64,000 bases of DNA from assembly GCF_000181795.1 (NCBI RefSeq), contig NW_003526947.1:214217-278216 (forward strand), read 5' to 3'. Within the stretch, counting starts at the first letter, position 1. Each line of letters opens with the position of its first letter. Position numbers and translations under genes: made by a program. The stretch comes from Trichinella spiralis (taxonomy: Eukaryota). Below, in pieces: positions 33,965 to 46,574 of the stretch. The notes below the pieces were generated by a model. It worked only from the letters and a program-made list of their open reading frames with translations, did not search any database and was not told the DNA's origin.

Positions 33965-36545
33965 ATGTCTCGAACAGATGATAGTAAAAAACGAGTCTGC
34001 TATTTTTATGATCGTAAGTAATGAAAAAGTTTCACTTTCTGTAATGTAATGCCGCAAGCGAGGCATAAATATTTATTTAGTCTTTTTGTCTTTTTATTTA
34101 GTCTTATTTTAGACTTTTGTAATTCAGATTGTTTTATGATGATTTTTAATCAGAAATAACTTGTAGTTAAGCGGAAAAGGAAAAACATGCATAATAATAT
34201 ATAACGGTAACGTTTAAGCTAAAATGCTTTGCTTTACTAGGATGGTATTTTACATTTGTTTCTTTTTACGCTTGTATTGTTTTCTTTTTTATTTATTTTT
34301 GTTGAATAATCCTGTAAGCAACTATATTTTTTTTCGCTGTGTTTACTTTTTATGATATGAACGTTCGCATATTTGCATTAATAAAGTGCAATGGTTTGTT
34401 TAGCTGACATTGGAAACTACATGTTTTCTCCGAATCATGACATGAAGCCGATAAGAGTGCGAATGGTTCATTGTTTGGTTTACGAATACCAACTTTATAG
34501 GCACGTGACAATTATGGTAAAGCAAAAAATTGTTTGTACTATTTCATTTTAAATGAAGAAATTATTTGTTTCTTCTAGCTAAATGAGGACTAATGAAATT
34601 AATTTAGGAACCTCACCGTGCAACTCCGGATGAAATGAAGATATTTCACGACGAAGATTACATCGATATGCTGAGAAGAGCGAAACCTGAGCACATGAAT
34701 TGCAATCTTGATGCACTATCTTATTGTACGTTATTTTTTATTCTCTAGAAGAAGTTAAATTTCTTTTCTAATGTATGACTTGTGTTATAAGTGAAGTTTT
34801 TATTTTTGATATGATGTTTTTTTTGTTATTTAGCATCCTTAAAATTACTAATTGAGTGTAGAATTGTTATTGTTAATTCTTTTACCAGTAGTAATGTTCT
34901 ACAATTGAATTTTGTAAATTTAACAATAATAATTGAATTTATTATTTTCTTATCATGATTGTATTGTTTGCAGACAATATCGGCGATGATTGTCCATTAT
35001 TTGATGGCATTTTTGAATACTGTCAAATTACTACCGGTGGTTCAATTGGTGAGCATGAAAGATTTTCATTTTTGTTCTTATTTTGATTCGACATTTTCAT
35101 TACTATTTCTGTCATTAAATGGATAAATTGTAATGTTGTTATTACGAAGTTTTCTAACACTTTTTGTTTTAAGACATAATTTTCTTATTTCAACATTTAT
35201 AAATTTGATATGATTTTAAATTGTGTAAATTTCGTGTTTAATGATTTACTTTTATTTGATACTGTTTTCAATTTTATTATACTTGTTTGCTTTTATATTG
35301 ATTATTATAGCTGGCGCCCAGAGTTTAAATTCTGGTGAATACGATATTGCTATAAATTGGGCTGGTGGTATGCATCACGCAAAATGGTACAAAGCTTCTG
35401 GATTTTGTTTTGTTAACGATATTGTGCTGGCGATCTTGCAATTATTGAAGTAAAAGTGTTGTAAAACAATTTACAGTTTGTTCTCAATAAATGTATAATT
35501 GTTGATGCAGGAAACATCAGCGTGTTTTGTACGTAGACATTGATTGTCACCATGGGGATGGTGTGGAAGAAGCATTTTACACTACAGATCGAGTGATGAC
35601 TATTTCGTTTCATAAATTTGGCAATTTTTTTCCAGGAACTGGAAATTATGATGTAATATAAAATCGAATATGAAAATTGTCAAAATTTGATTTTAAATTT
35701 ATGACTGTTTTGTAGAGCATTGGTTATGGAAAGGGTCTACACTATGCTGTGAATTTTCCTTTGCATGAAGGAATCACTGATTTGAGCTATATGATAGTTT
35801 TTCGTGGCGTGCGTTGATGCTTGCATGTGTGGCTGTTCAGTTGGCGTTTTGTTGATTCTTTTTGTTTTCTTCAGGTAATATCTAAAGCCGTAGAACGTTT
35901 TCGGCCCAATGCTATTGTGATGCAATGCGGGGCGGATTCACTGGCAATGGATCGATTGGGGTGTTTCAATTTAACCGTTGCAGGTATTAATGAAGTATTC
36001 GTATTTAGGACAATTTGATGTGCAGTGTCTGTTTTTGCATTTTTTTTAAAAACTCATTAAAACTAGGTCACGGAGAATTGGTGAAATATATCCGATCGTT
36101 CAATTTGCCTCTTTTACTTGTCGGAGGCGGTGGCTATACTTTGAGCAATGTCGGTCGATGTTGGACATATGAAACTGCCGTTGCAGCCGGTGTAGAAATA
36201 TCAAATGGTAGATTTTCATTTATTTGGGAATTTATTTGATTTTAATTATTTTTCTTAATAGAATTACCGATATGTGAACACTATTCATTGTATGCTCCAA
36301 CGTATACTTTGCACGCACCGCCAACAAATATGGAAGATAAAAATACTCGCAGCCATTTGGAAACTATCTCGTAATAATCTGTTTTCAGGCATTGTGATTT
36401 ATAAAATTATTTTTATATTTTTTGCAGATCTCGAATTTACGACAGCCTTCGTTATGTTTGTGCACCCTCGGTCCCCCTTAAAGGTTAATGTTACAGTTTG
36501 TTTCTCATTAGGTTTATATTATTATTGTTCAATATTTCAGATTAA
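33965..36545 (+). CDS. Class I histone deacetylase (HDAC1/2-like), divergent, about 12 exons, no C-terminal tail
   Basis: [91 protein letters not shown]. The frame closes at APSVPLK(G/D)*. Confidence 0.92.
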
Positions 36546-37673
36546 ATTGAATTATCCATTTCATTATGGCATTTCATAATTTCGCTGGCACACGATTTTG
36601 TTGAGCCGATTGATTTTCAAGTCCATTTTTATAGTGAACGAAACGTTGATGAACGTCTTCTTAAAGAAACACATTTTAAATTAATTATACATGAAAAAAC
36701 TGAAATATATATATATATTTATTTATTTTTTCAAGTGAATTTTATTATTGTATTTATATGCACATTTTTTTCATTTCTATTTTTTGATGTAGTTGATAGG
36801 CTTTTTTTTGAAAAGCAACGCTTTTTAATTGTACTAAAAATTTTTAAGCATTAATGAGAAATGAAGGAATTGTTCATTCTGTAGATTGATTGTGTAAAAT
36901 TGATTGAATTTTCTTTGATAGAATGCTTTTTTCCATGACATTTTATTGCCAACGTGGTAATAATAATAATAAACAAAAAACTTACAGGTAGTGTTGATGA
37001 TAAAATGGATGATTTCAGTTTTTTTTGCGGTAATTCAATCAACGCTGTGATGTGTTCTTACTCGTGCAGTTCGTGCGTGCTTTTGACGCTCAGTTGCAAT
37101 ATTGAACGTTGTAAAATTGCCGCTGAATTTCATTCTGATCAAAAATGATCTTCAAACAACAATCAATAAATAAATATTATAATTCTATTAGAACTTGTAG
37201 AGGATCAAATATACAAAGATAATAAATAACATGAATCACAAGCTAAACCAAAACACAAAACAACAGTTCTACTAACTACTACTAACTACTCTTGCTTAGC
37301 ATTTTTTTTCTGTTATAATCCATCTGGTGAGAAAAAAAAACAGAAAATACGTTTAAATTCTCGAACCAGTCAAAACAACTACACTGCGCACAGCTGTTGA
37401 AATTATTTGAAGTAATATTTATTCAAAAAACGACAAAAAGTCACTAAAATTAGTATAAAAATGAAACGTCACTTGTATAATTCTCGCTTTATTTGCTACA
37501 ATGCAAATGTTGTAAAAGAAAAAAAAATTCAATTTCAATTCAGCAAGAAATATTGAATGGAACCGTGATCGTTTATGGTTGTTTAATTTTTAGAAATTTT
37601 AAAACGAAAATGCATCATCAATCAGCGTTCCAACTTTACTTTCAACCAAACATTCTCTCTTAGAACAGTAATA

Positions 37674-39577
37674 TCAAAGATCCATTCCATCATCTCTTAT
37701 TGAAATGCCTTTTTCTTTAAAATATGCCTCTGTTTCTCTTGCACTCGCTTGAGAAATAGCCAGTCGCAATCTTTGATCCGCAACATCGTGCTCAGCAGCC
37801 AATACCGAAGCTTCGTGCTTCTGCACCTCTCTGTCCAGCATTCTGTATTCGGCATAAAATCGAATCCTTGAAACGCACATCTGCTGAATCATATAATCCC
37901 AGCTTTCTATGAGTTGCTGCGCTTTACGGAAATCTTCATTTTCCTCCATTTCACTATCCATCCACGGCTCCATTTCCAAACAATTTGGAACTGACGATGG
38001 CAGTGTCGACGTCTCTTCAGTTTTAATCAATCCATCATCCTTATCAACTTCTGCTTTAACTTTTAAATGCAATTCTAAATCAAATACAACACTGTACAAT
38101 AATATTTGTGAGGTATTTTTTAAAAACAATTACGCGATAACGAAAGTTGCTGATAAGGGTACTGTTTAGAAACAGTGCTACTTTCCAAAGCATAATCTGG
38201 CTCTTGTTTGACAACTATTTGACGAACCGGAGAAACAGCAGCACTGTAGAATGGTGTATATGTCGGCGACACCGGTTCGATCTTGACAAAATCACCTATT
38301 TCAAATTCTTCTTGCTTAACATCTTCTTGCTTAACATATTCTTGCTTGACATCTTCTTGCTTAACATATTCTTGCTTAACATCTTCTTGCTTAATATATT
38401 CTTGCTTAAACATATTCTTGCTTGAAAAATTTTTTTGCTTAAATCTTTTTGGGCTTAACATCAATATGCTTAACATCCTCTTGCTAAACATGTTCCCCCT
38501 TGGCAAAATAACGCTAAACATATTTTTTGCTTAACCTCCTTTTTGCTTTCCCCTATTCCTGNNNNNNNNNNNNNNNNNNNNNNNNNNNNNNNNNNNNNNN
38601 NNNNNNNNNNNNNNNNNNNNNNNNNNNNNNNNNNNNNNNNNNNNNNNNNNNNNNNNNNNNNNNNNNNNNNNNNNNNNNNNNNNNNNNNNNNNNNNNNNNN
38701 NNNNNNNNNNNNNNNNNNNNNNNNNNNNNNNNNNNNNNNNNNNNNNNNNNNNNNNNNNNNNNNNNNNNNNNNNNNNNNNNNNNNNNNNNNNNNNNNNNNN
38801 NNNNNNNNNNNNNNNNNNNNTTGGCGTGACACAATCTTGCATCACATATCCTTGTTTGACATATTCTTGCTTAACATCTTCTTGCTTGACATATCCTTGC
38901 TTGACATATTCTTGCTTAAAATCTTCTTGCTTAACATATTCTTGCTTGACATATCCTTGCTTGACATATTCTTGCTTAACATGCCTCACACGGTTATCTG
39001 ATGTGTCAGGCTCTTTCTTCACAGTGACTTTTCCTAAAGTAAGATAACAAGGGAAAACAACATACACACAAAGAGAGAAAAGTTGAACATTGTTTTACAA
39101 CCTTCAGCTTTGCCAATCCGATCTTTCGGCCTTTCCAAATGAGATTCCACCGGTAAACGATTGAGATAGTAGGGTCTTCCTTCTTCGTCCGTTTGCTCCA
39201 TCCAATAGCTGCACGATCGAGAATCTGTCAAATTGAATTTCAATTTTAACAGCGGAAAAACAAAGCATTAATTCAATTAATTTTCATAAAATATTAACAA
39301 ATTTTTATCGTAATAACTCATTTCCAGTAATTACAAATAAATAATGAAATCACTTCATTTAACATATAAAATCTGCACTTTTCATTTATTTATCTGTTAT
39401 TTCTATACAGAAAGAATTTGTGCAAAACATATTACAATGTTAAGTAAATGAAGAAATACAAGATTACTAAGTGGAAAAAAAATTTCTAATAGTGAAAAAT
39501 ATACGAATTATGAAAAAATATTACAACTTACCGTTATCGAAACTTTCTTTGCTATCTTCGCTATCGTGTTCAGACAT
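37674..39577 (-). CDS. Uncharacterised protein: atypical WW domain, (Y/D)VKQE repeat array and C-terminal helical region (exons 39577-39532, 39224-39102, 39033-~38163 across an N gap, ~38093-37674)
   Basis: The first three exons join in phase through GT-AG introns. YWMEQTDEEGRPYYLNRLPVESHLERP resembles a WW domain. The 15-nt repeat reads as KQE pentapeptides on both sides of the gap. Confidence 0.7.
38305..38985 (-). repeat. Coding 15-bp tandem repeat (T/GATGTYAAGCAAGRA), interrupted by a 259-N gap (38562-38820)
   Basis: About 10 clean units on the gene-5' side of the gap, 7 clean units on the 3' side, plus degraded low-quality units next to the gap. Confidence 0.95.
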
Positions 39578-42500
39578 GAATTCAGAACAAATATAGATAC
39601 TTTGATAGCACCAAATTTATCTATTATTAAATCCCCCTATTTATCTATTATTATTCTTAAAACTGAAGACTAAAAGCATCAGATAAAAAATTCATGCACA
39701 TATGTTTCTTTCAAAATACAACACAAAATTACAACTAAACGTTCTTAAAAATAATAAACAAGGTGTTTATAAAAGTTAAAGCTAAAAACACATATTTTAA
39801 CTTAATATAAGTATAATTTTAACGAAGTAAAATATAATACATTAGAATAACGTGTAACGATTATCATCCAAAATTACTGAATGAAAAGCAGATACGAAAG
39901 AAAAAAATAAAAATATTATGGCAATTATTATAAATTTAATTCAAAAATAATTTACCTTGAAAAACGCAGATGTCAAAACAATCAAAATTCAAAGGAACTT
40001 CCAGGTCTCGTCTGTTCCTGGACTAGCCGCTACTATACAGTATTATAATGAAATTCAAGGTCTAATAAAATTAAAGAATTTTTTTTGAAATTAAAGAGTG
40101 AATATAATGAATGATACTAAATGATAAAATACTTTTGATGTTTTTTAATAGTAAATAATTAAATTAAAAAAATAAACAGTCTCTGGTTGGTAAATAATCA
40201 CCTGTGGGCTGTATAAAGCAATTCTGAGTCATATGGTTTGAATAGTCACACTTCTCGCGACCTGACTAATCAGATTTTGTCAAACTGATATGGTGGCTAG
40301 TGGTGCCTTGGCTTCACCATTTCAATATTTTCCAACGGCTTGCTTGCGTTTTTGTTGACTTAAGTTGCTATTTGGTTTTATAGCTCACACGCATTTTTGC
40401 TCATTACTTTGCAAAGTTTGTTTTAAAAATAAATTTATTCGCAATATAATGATGAATGTATAAGAAAACAATTAAATTATCAACGTAAAAACATGCTAAG
40501 CAGAATAAACTTTTTGTTAGCAAATTGGTTTGCCCAAACTTTTATTCCACTTGATATGTAATGCAAAATTGATTTGAAAAATATTTTCAAGCATTTTACA
40601 TCAAGTAAAATAATAACAAGTAATGTTAGAAATTGATAGTCAAAATCTTTCGGTACGAGGAGCTTTTCAAATAAATACAGATTCCGTGAAACGAAACAGT
40701 TGTTGAATATTTTCCACTGTTGTTTTTCAATACTGTTCAGGTTGAGCTGACTATGTTCAACTAGGCTGAATATACAGATTGGGAAGAAAGAACTGTGAGC
40801 TGCTGAAAACAAATGCAGATAATGAAGCAGATAAAAAACAACTGTTGATGCTGGTTAGGTACAAAACACCGCCTCCACCGCTAGACACAGCTTACAGAGA
40901 CAGATTATTTGTCACAACGACCAAATGTGCTCTGCTTCATTCAACTGATGTTCGCTTTCAAAGTGTAGTCAGTAGAAAAGTTGCGACGCCGAATTTAATT
41001 TTTCTGCTGCGCTATTTACATTTCACTGTAGTACAGTCATAAATGATCTTCAAGTGCGAATTGAAAAAATTTACAAGTAAATTTTTCTCCACGCCATCGA
41101 CTGCGTACGTGCTTATCATTTCAACGTGTAGTATTTTAAAATGAATTTCAAATGTTAATGTTATTTCACAATATTTAATATGGTGCATTTTGAAAAAGAA
41201 AAAAAAATAACCGAAAGCATGTAATTTGACAAAAGAAAAACGATCATTCATCAAACAATAAATTATTTGCAATTTGAATTTTACAAATTGGTAATTTGTT
41301 TTTCTCTATTTCTTCGCGTGTGAAATAGTACGTGAATAAAGAGATGTGTGCAATGAAAGTAATTAATTGCGCGTTGGTTAATTCGAAATTTCAAGGAACA
41401 TTTTTTTACGAACGACTGTATTTTAAGTTTTTTTTTCGAAGAGTAATGTGGTGTGGAAAGGTAATAAAAAAGCAAAGAATAGTGTTTGTCGAGCAAGTTT
41501 GAATTCTTTTTTTTTCCCCCTTCATGAAATATTATAGCCGAACATTAAATTTGCCGTCCATTATTGGTTGGGTTGGCAGTTTGTTCTGCATTTCGGTGTT
41601 TACTGTTTATTGCAACCATTGGCAGAGCGAAATTGCTTCTGCAGTACGTCTGCGTGTGTCGAACTGTCGGTCGGCGTTATCAGGCGATGCTGTCTGGTGC
41701 GTCATCTTTGGAATCTGTTGACGTCAACAAGTTTTTATCTACAGTTGGCAAATAAGCAAATTATAAATCGCTTCTGCTTTTCTGTTCTGATCGTTTTCAC
41801 AAAATTTCTGCTGCCTGCTGCTTTTCGTCCCCCTTGTTTTCCAATATATTCAATTTTCTGCTATGGCCATGTTCGCCTTTTCCACCAACTCCACCCGACG
41901 ACGAAAACCAACTGCATTTTTGTAAGGTGACCTTAATTTAACAAATTTCATCTCTTTTCCATATTTCCTATACATATTCCTTTTAATTTTTTATTCTTGC
42001 TATATCAACATTTCCCGAATTTCGACTATTTTGTTAATTTTTTCTTATTTCTTTTTATTCTTTGAATAATAATAATAATAATGATAATGGGTGGGATAAT
42101 TTTTTTTTTCACCATATGATTGAATATTTTCATTTCCACTTTGTGTACACTCAGTTGTTTGCTTTGCGATGTTAATCGAGATTTTGCTTATCGTATTTCT
42201 GCAGAAACAAGCGGTCATGATTATTGTTCGCTTGATCTGATTTTCTCTCAACTGATCTCAAATGAGATACATCTCTATTTGAAATGGTAAACTAGTTGTT
42301 ATATTATTTTAATTTCTGTAATGCCCTTGATTTGCAAATGGTCGAAGATCTGCTGCTGTTTGGGGGTATTTTCAACTTTTGGTTTCAAAAAATATCCAAT
42401 TCTACTAGTCGTAATTTTTTTTTCTCCAAATCCAATCAACAACAATTGTCCATTCTGTTGACCAGTAAACAATTCTGATCGAATACGACTGTATTTGTAC

Positions 42501-45500
42501 AATTATTCCACAATAGATTACCATCTATTATCATTATTAACATCCAGCTGTGGTTTGATTTGATCAACGTTATTTATGGAGGGCTGGTCAAAAAATGGAT
42601 CAATTGAATATTTTTCCACAATATAAATATTTTCCTGTAGTTTAAAATCAAAATGAAATATCAACAATCGAACGATTCCCATCATTTCAGCATGTTTTTG
42701 TTTGAGAATTTTTTTTCTCCCATTTTCAAGGACAAGACAATTTCAAGTATTGGCCAAAAATTACGGTAAATATTTTGAAACTTCTGTCGTCAAATCAAAC
42801 TGTGCTTCTGTTCAAACATTTTGCTTACAATTCTTACCACAGTCGCCAACTGCATCTTGTGATAAAAGACCAAAATTGTACAATGCACGAAGCTTATATT
42901 GAATAATAAACAACAAATACACGACCATCACTTTATTATTATTGTGTGTCGTGCATTCAATTGATTTCATCATGTTCATTCAATTTTTCAAATATCATGC
43001 AGGTGATGACTTTTGTTTTGTTTAGTTTTGTCTTGTTCGCAAATTTCACTTCGGGTATTCCACTTATGTCTATGCAAATTTTATCAATTCAAAATATTCG
43101 AATAATTTATTTGGCAATTTTTATTTAAGAAAAAAAAGTACAAAAGAAAACGCAAATGAACTGTATTCAATGTCAATTGAATGGGATGCGCGTCGAAAAA
43201 AAAACAAAACAAATAAATAAACAAAAAGTAAAAGAAGAATAATTTTGTTTGAATAATGTAAAGTAAAATGAAATGAATTGGACCTACAGGTTGAAGTAAT
43301 GCCTTGAAGAGTTTCAGTGATTCAGAAGGTGTGACTTATTCGATTCAACGACGACGCCCTTTTAAAATTTCCAAAGTAATTCAAATTTATTGCATTTTTC
43401 ATTGAACAACAACAACAATATTAAAATAAACGATCAGTAATGTATTGTTGTGCATAATATTTTTTTACAACAACCCCAATGCTACCTGACATGTTCTCAA
43501 CTGCACAACTTGGTAATGAATTTGAAGACTGAAAAATTTCCATTTTTTTTCTTTTTTAAAATTTATAATTAAATCTTCATATTTAAATTTTTATTTTTCT
43601 TTTCTTTTATTTGATCAACGTTCGTCTCGTATCAGTGGATTTTTCTTTTTTTTTTTTCAACTGTAATTCAAAATATTGGACTGTTCACCTGCTGAGGTTA
43701 CCGTGGATTATCTTCATCATTATTATTGCTTACTGTAATTTTTTCTTTTTTTTTATTTATTTTTAAAATTTTCACATTTAATTTTTTACTGATTTTTTTT
43801 CTGTAATAAATTATTAGTTATTTTATTTTAAATAAATAAATAAATATATGGTATTTTTTCATATGTTTGTTGTCAAATTTGTTCAGTTTTATGTGCAGTG
43901 TATTTTAATGAAAAATTCAGTTACTTTCTTCTTCTTCTTCTAATATTGTCATACAAAGGATTGTTTTTTCTCATTATTTTTGTTTATTTCATTTTTAATT
44001 TAAATATTCCAATGAAAAATATCTACTTTGTATTATTATTAATAGAGGTGGAACAGGATTTTTTGACAATAATTTGTTAAGCATGTTTTTCTTTTTTCAT
44101 TTCATACATAGCATGTGTATACCAGGTGAAGAATGGAAAATTTCCCTGGAAATGTGTAATTATTTTCAATTAATTGTATTAAATATAGAGAATGATGTAA
44201 AAGTTTATTATTGTTTTTGGATGAGATGGATTTTGTGGAAATGTAAAAAAAAATAAAGGGTTTGAAAACAATATTCACAATAATATTGTTTTATTCAATT
44301 CTAAAACTGCTGCTTTATTCATAATCGTGTGTGTGCGCTTGTATGAAACGCGAACCAAATAGAAGCACTCGTTTGGTTTTCTGCTTCTGTTGTTCAGCTG
44401 ATTGAAAAGGGAGAATATTTATTGATAAAATAAAATTTGAAATGGAATAAATTTCAAATTTGCAAAGCAAATACAGTTTGCTTTGTTTGTTTTCGAAATA
44501 TTGAATTTCAATTTGCATTGCAATTTTTATTATTACCGTTCTACAATCAATCAGCTACAGTAATTTGAATAGAAACTTTTTCGATTTACATGGATGCCAT
44601 TTATTTGCTTGGTCGTCGAACAAAATGGTCATCCCAACGTCTGTCTCTTTTTTTTACATTTTCTTCTAAATTTAATAGCTGAAAAGAGCACGTGCCTGTG
44701 TTTTGTTTCATAACTTTTTTTTCAACAATCTGTTTTAATTGAATTTTTGAGAAATTTATAATTTTTTCACATCAAAATTTTCAATTGCCACTTTGTTTTT
44801 GCTAAACAAATATTCTGCATATTTGCAACTGCTTGTTCTGCTTGTTGTTTTTAATTGTATTTTTAAAACAAACAAATAAGTTTCGAAAATTTATTTTAAC
44901 AAAATTTCTCACTTCAACACTTTACACTTTCAGTGTAGAGATTGTCTGTTGTTGTTCCACTTGTATGAATTCAAAATCCATTATCCAGAATTCCATTATT
45001 GGAATGAAGTTTATGCATGCATCTATTATTGCAGTTACCAAAAAAAAATATTTTTAACAATCTTTGAATACTTTGATTTTACGTACACATACATACATGC
45101 ACACGATTATTGAACACTTTTTCAGTTTCTTCTACTAATTTGTTTGTTAATTAAATGGAAGATTTTATTTTTGAATAATTTTTTAAATACTTTATTCTTG
45201 TCCTAAAAATAATATTCAACGATATTTATTACAAATTAACAACATGAAATGTAAATTTTAAATAAAATCCATCATCATCATCTGTGCTGTTTGTCTCCAA
45301 GCTTGTGTACGATTATTTGCAGCAGCTTGGAATTCATAATAATAATAATTATTATTATTATCAGTTGTTGAATTTAAATTATAATTATTTAAAAGAAGAA
45401 CAAAGCAAAACAAAAAGAAAACAATAAACAATAATGAATAGAAACAACAACAACAACTTTCATATGCAAATATGTATGAAATGTTGCTGTTGAATTGTCG

Positions 45501-46574
45501 TTATTATTTATTAAATAAAACGAAACAAATGACAATGGACAATTTATTTATTTATATATTTAATTCTTTATAATTTTTTGTAAATGTCAATGAATCCTCT
45601 GTTCAGTGGAGCTATCTTTTATTGTTTTCGCTGTTGTCGGCTTTTTCACTTGACACTGAAACAAGCATTCAAACTTGACAAAAAGAATATTACTATTCTT
45701 GTTGATAATGATTTTTGAAAAAAAATGTAATTTTATTCTTGAGAGCAAAAAAATAACACGAATAAAGCTTTTTCAGTAATGGCATTTTTGCTTGTTTTTT
45801 TGAAAATTTCACAACTTGAACTTCTTTGATCTATTCGAAATGGGCAATTTGAAAATTTCCATTTTATTGCAATTTAAATAAAAACTATTATTGTAAACTA
45901 TGTATTTTTTTTCAATTTGTCGTACAAATTGGCAACAAACCCAATTAATCAAATATTATTCATTTGATTATTTCTTCTTTTTTCTAGATTGACTTCTAGG
46001 CGTGGTGTTTCATTTTATTTAAATTTAAAATTGTTTGGGCAGCTTTCTAATGAATTTTCCAATACACTACATGAACTCTAATACTTCCACCACTGCATCT
46101 TTCCACTTCATCCATTCGGTGTATGAAAATGTCTGAGAGAAACTTGGTATGCAATCTTTTCCTTTCTAATAGAATATTTTCGTCAGCCAATTTGACAACG
46201 TATCAATGGCATAATAATATCAAAAAAAGTTTTTTAGATAAATTACACAATTATTCATCAAAACTTGTAAATAATTAATTGTAAGAAATGGCAAACAGCA
46301 GCAGCACAATTGCATTAATTAATTGTTGTACATTATTGAAATTTGATAAATATTATTTTTCTATTGCAAAAGAAGATGTCGCCCAACAGACTGACAATTA
46401 AGTAAATGGAGGGGAGTAAAATGACCCAGTAAATGTAATTTTATTGTTTTTCACACACCGCTTTTTCTATTTTTTACACGTTGATAAACAACACGATGAA
46501 ATTCCAATTTAATATCGAAAAGTAATTTAATTTAATCAAGAATTGAAATTAATATTTTAAGCTTTGAAACAATA

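Noticed and set aside
38305..38985. Regular repeat as a CRISPR-like array or non-coding satellite
   Set aside because: There are no unique spacers, the 15-bp unit is in frame within a spliced exon, and the context is eukaryotic.
38470..39001. ORFs spanning the N gap and antisense repeat ORFs (SCLTY, FLLNI)
   Set aside because: Artefacts of Ns and of the stop-free repeat; they have no splice support.
40000..46500. Many 60-120 aa ORFs in AT-rich DNA
   Set aside because: Low-complexity F/L/I/K composition typical of non-coding sequence, with no recognisable domains.
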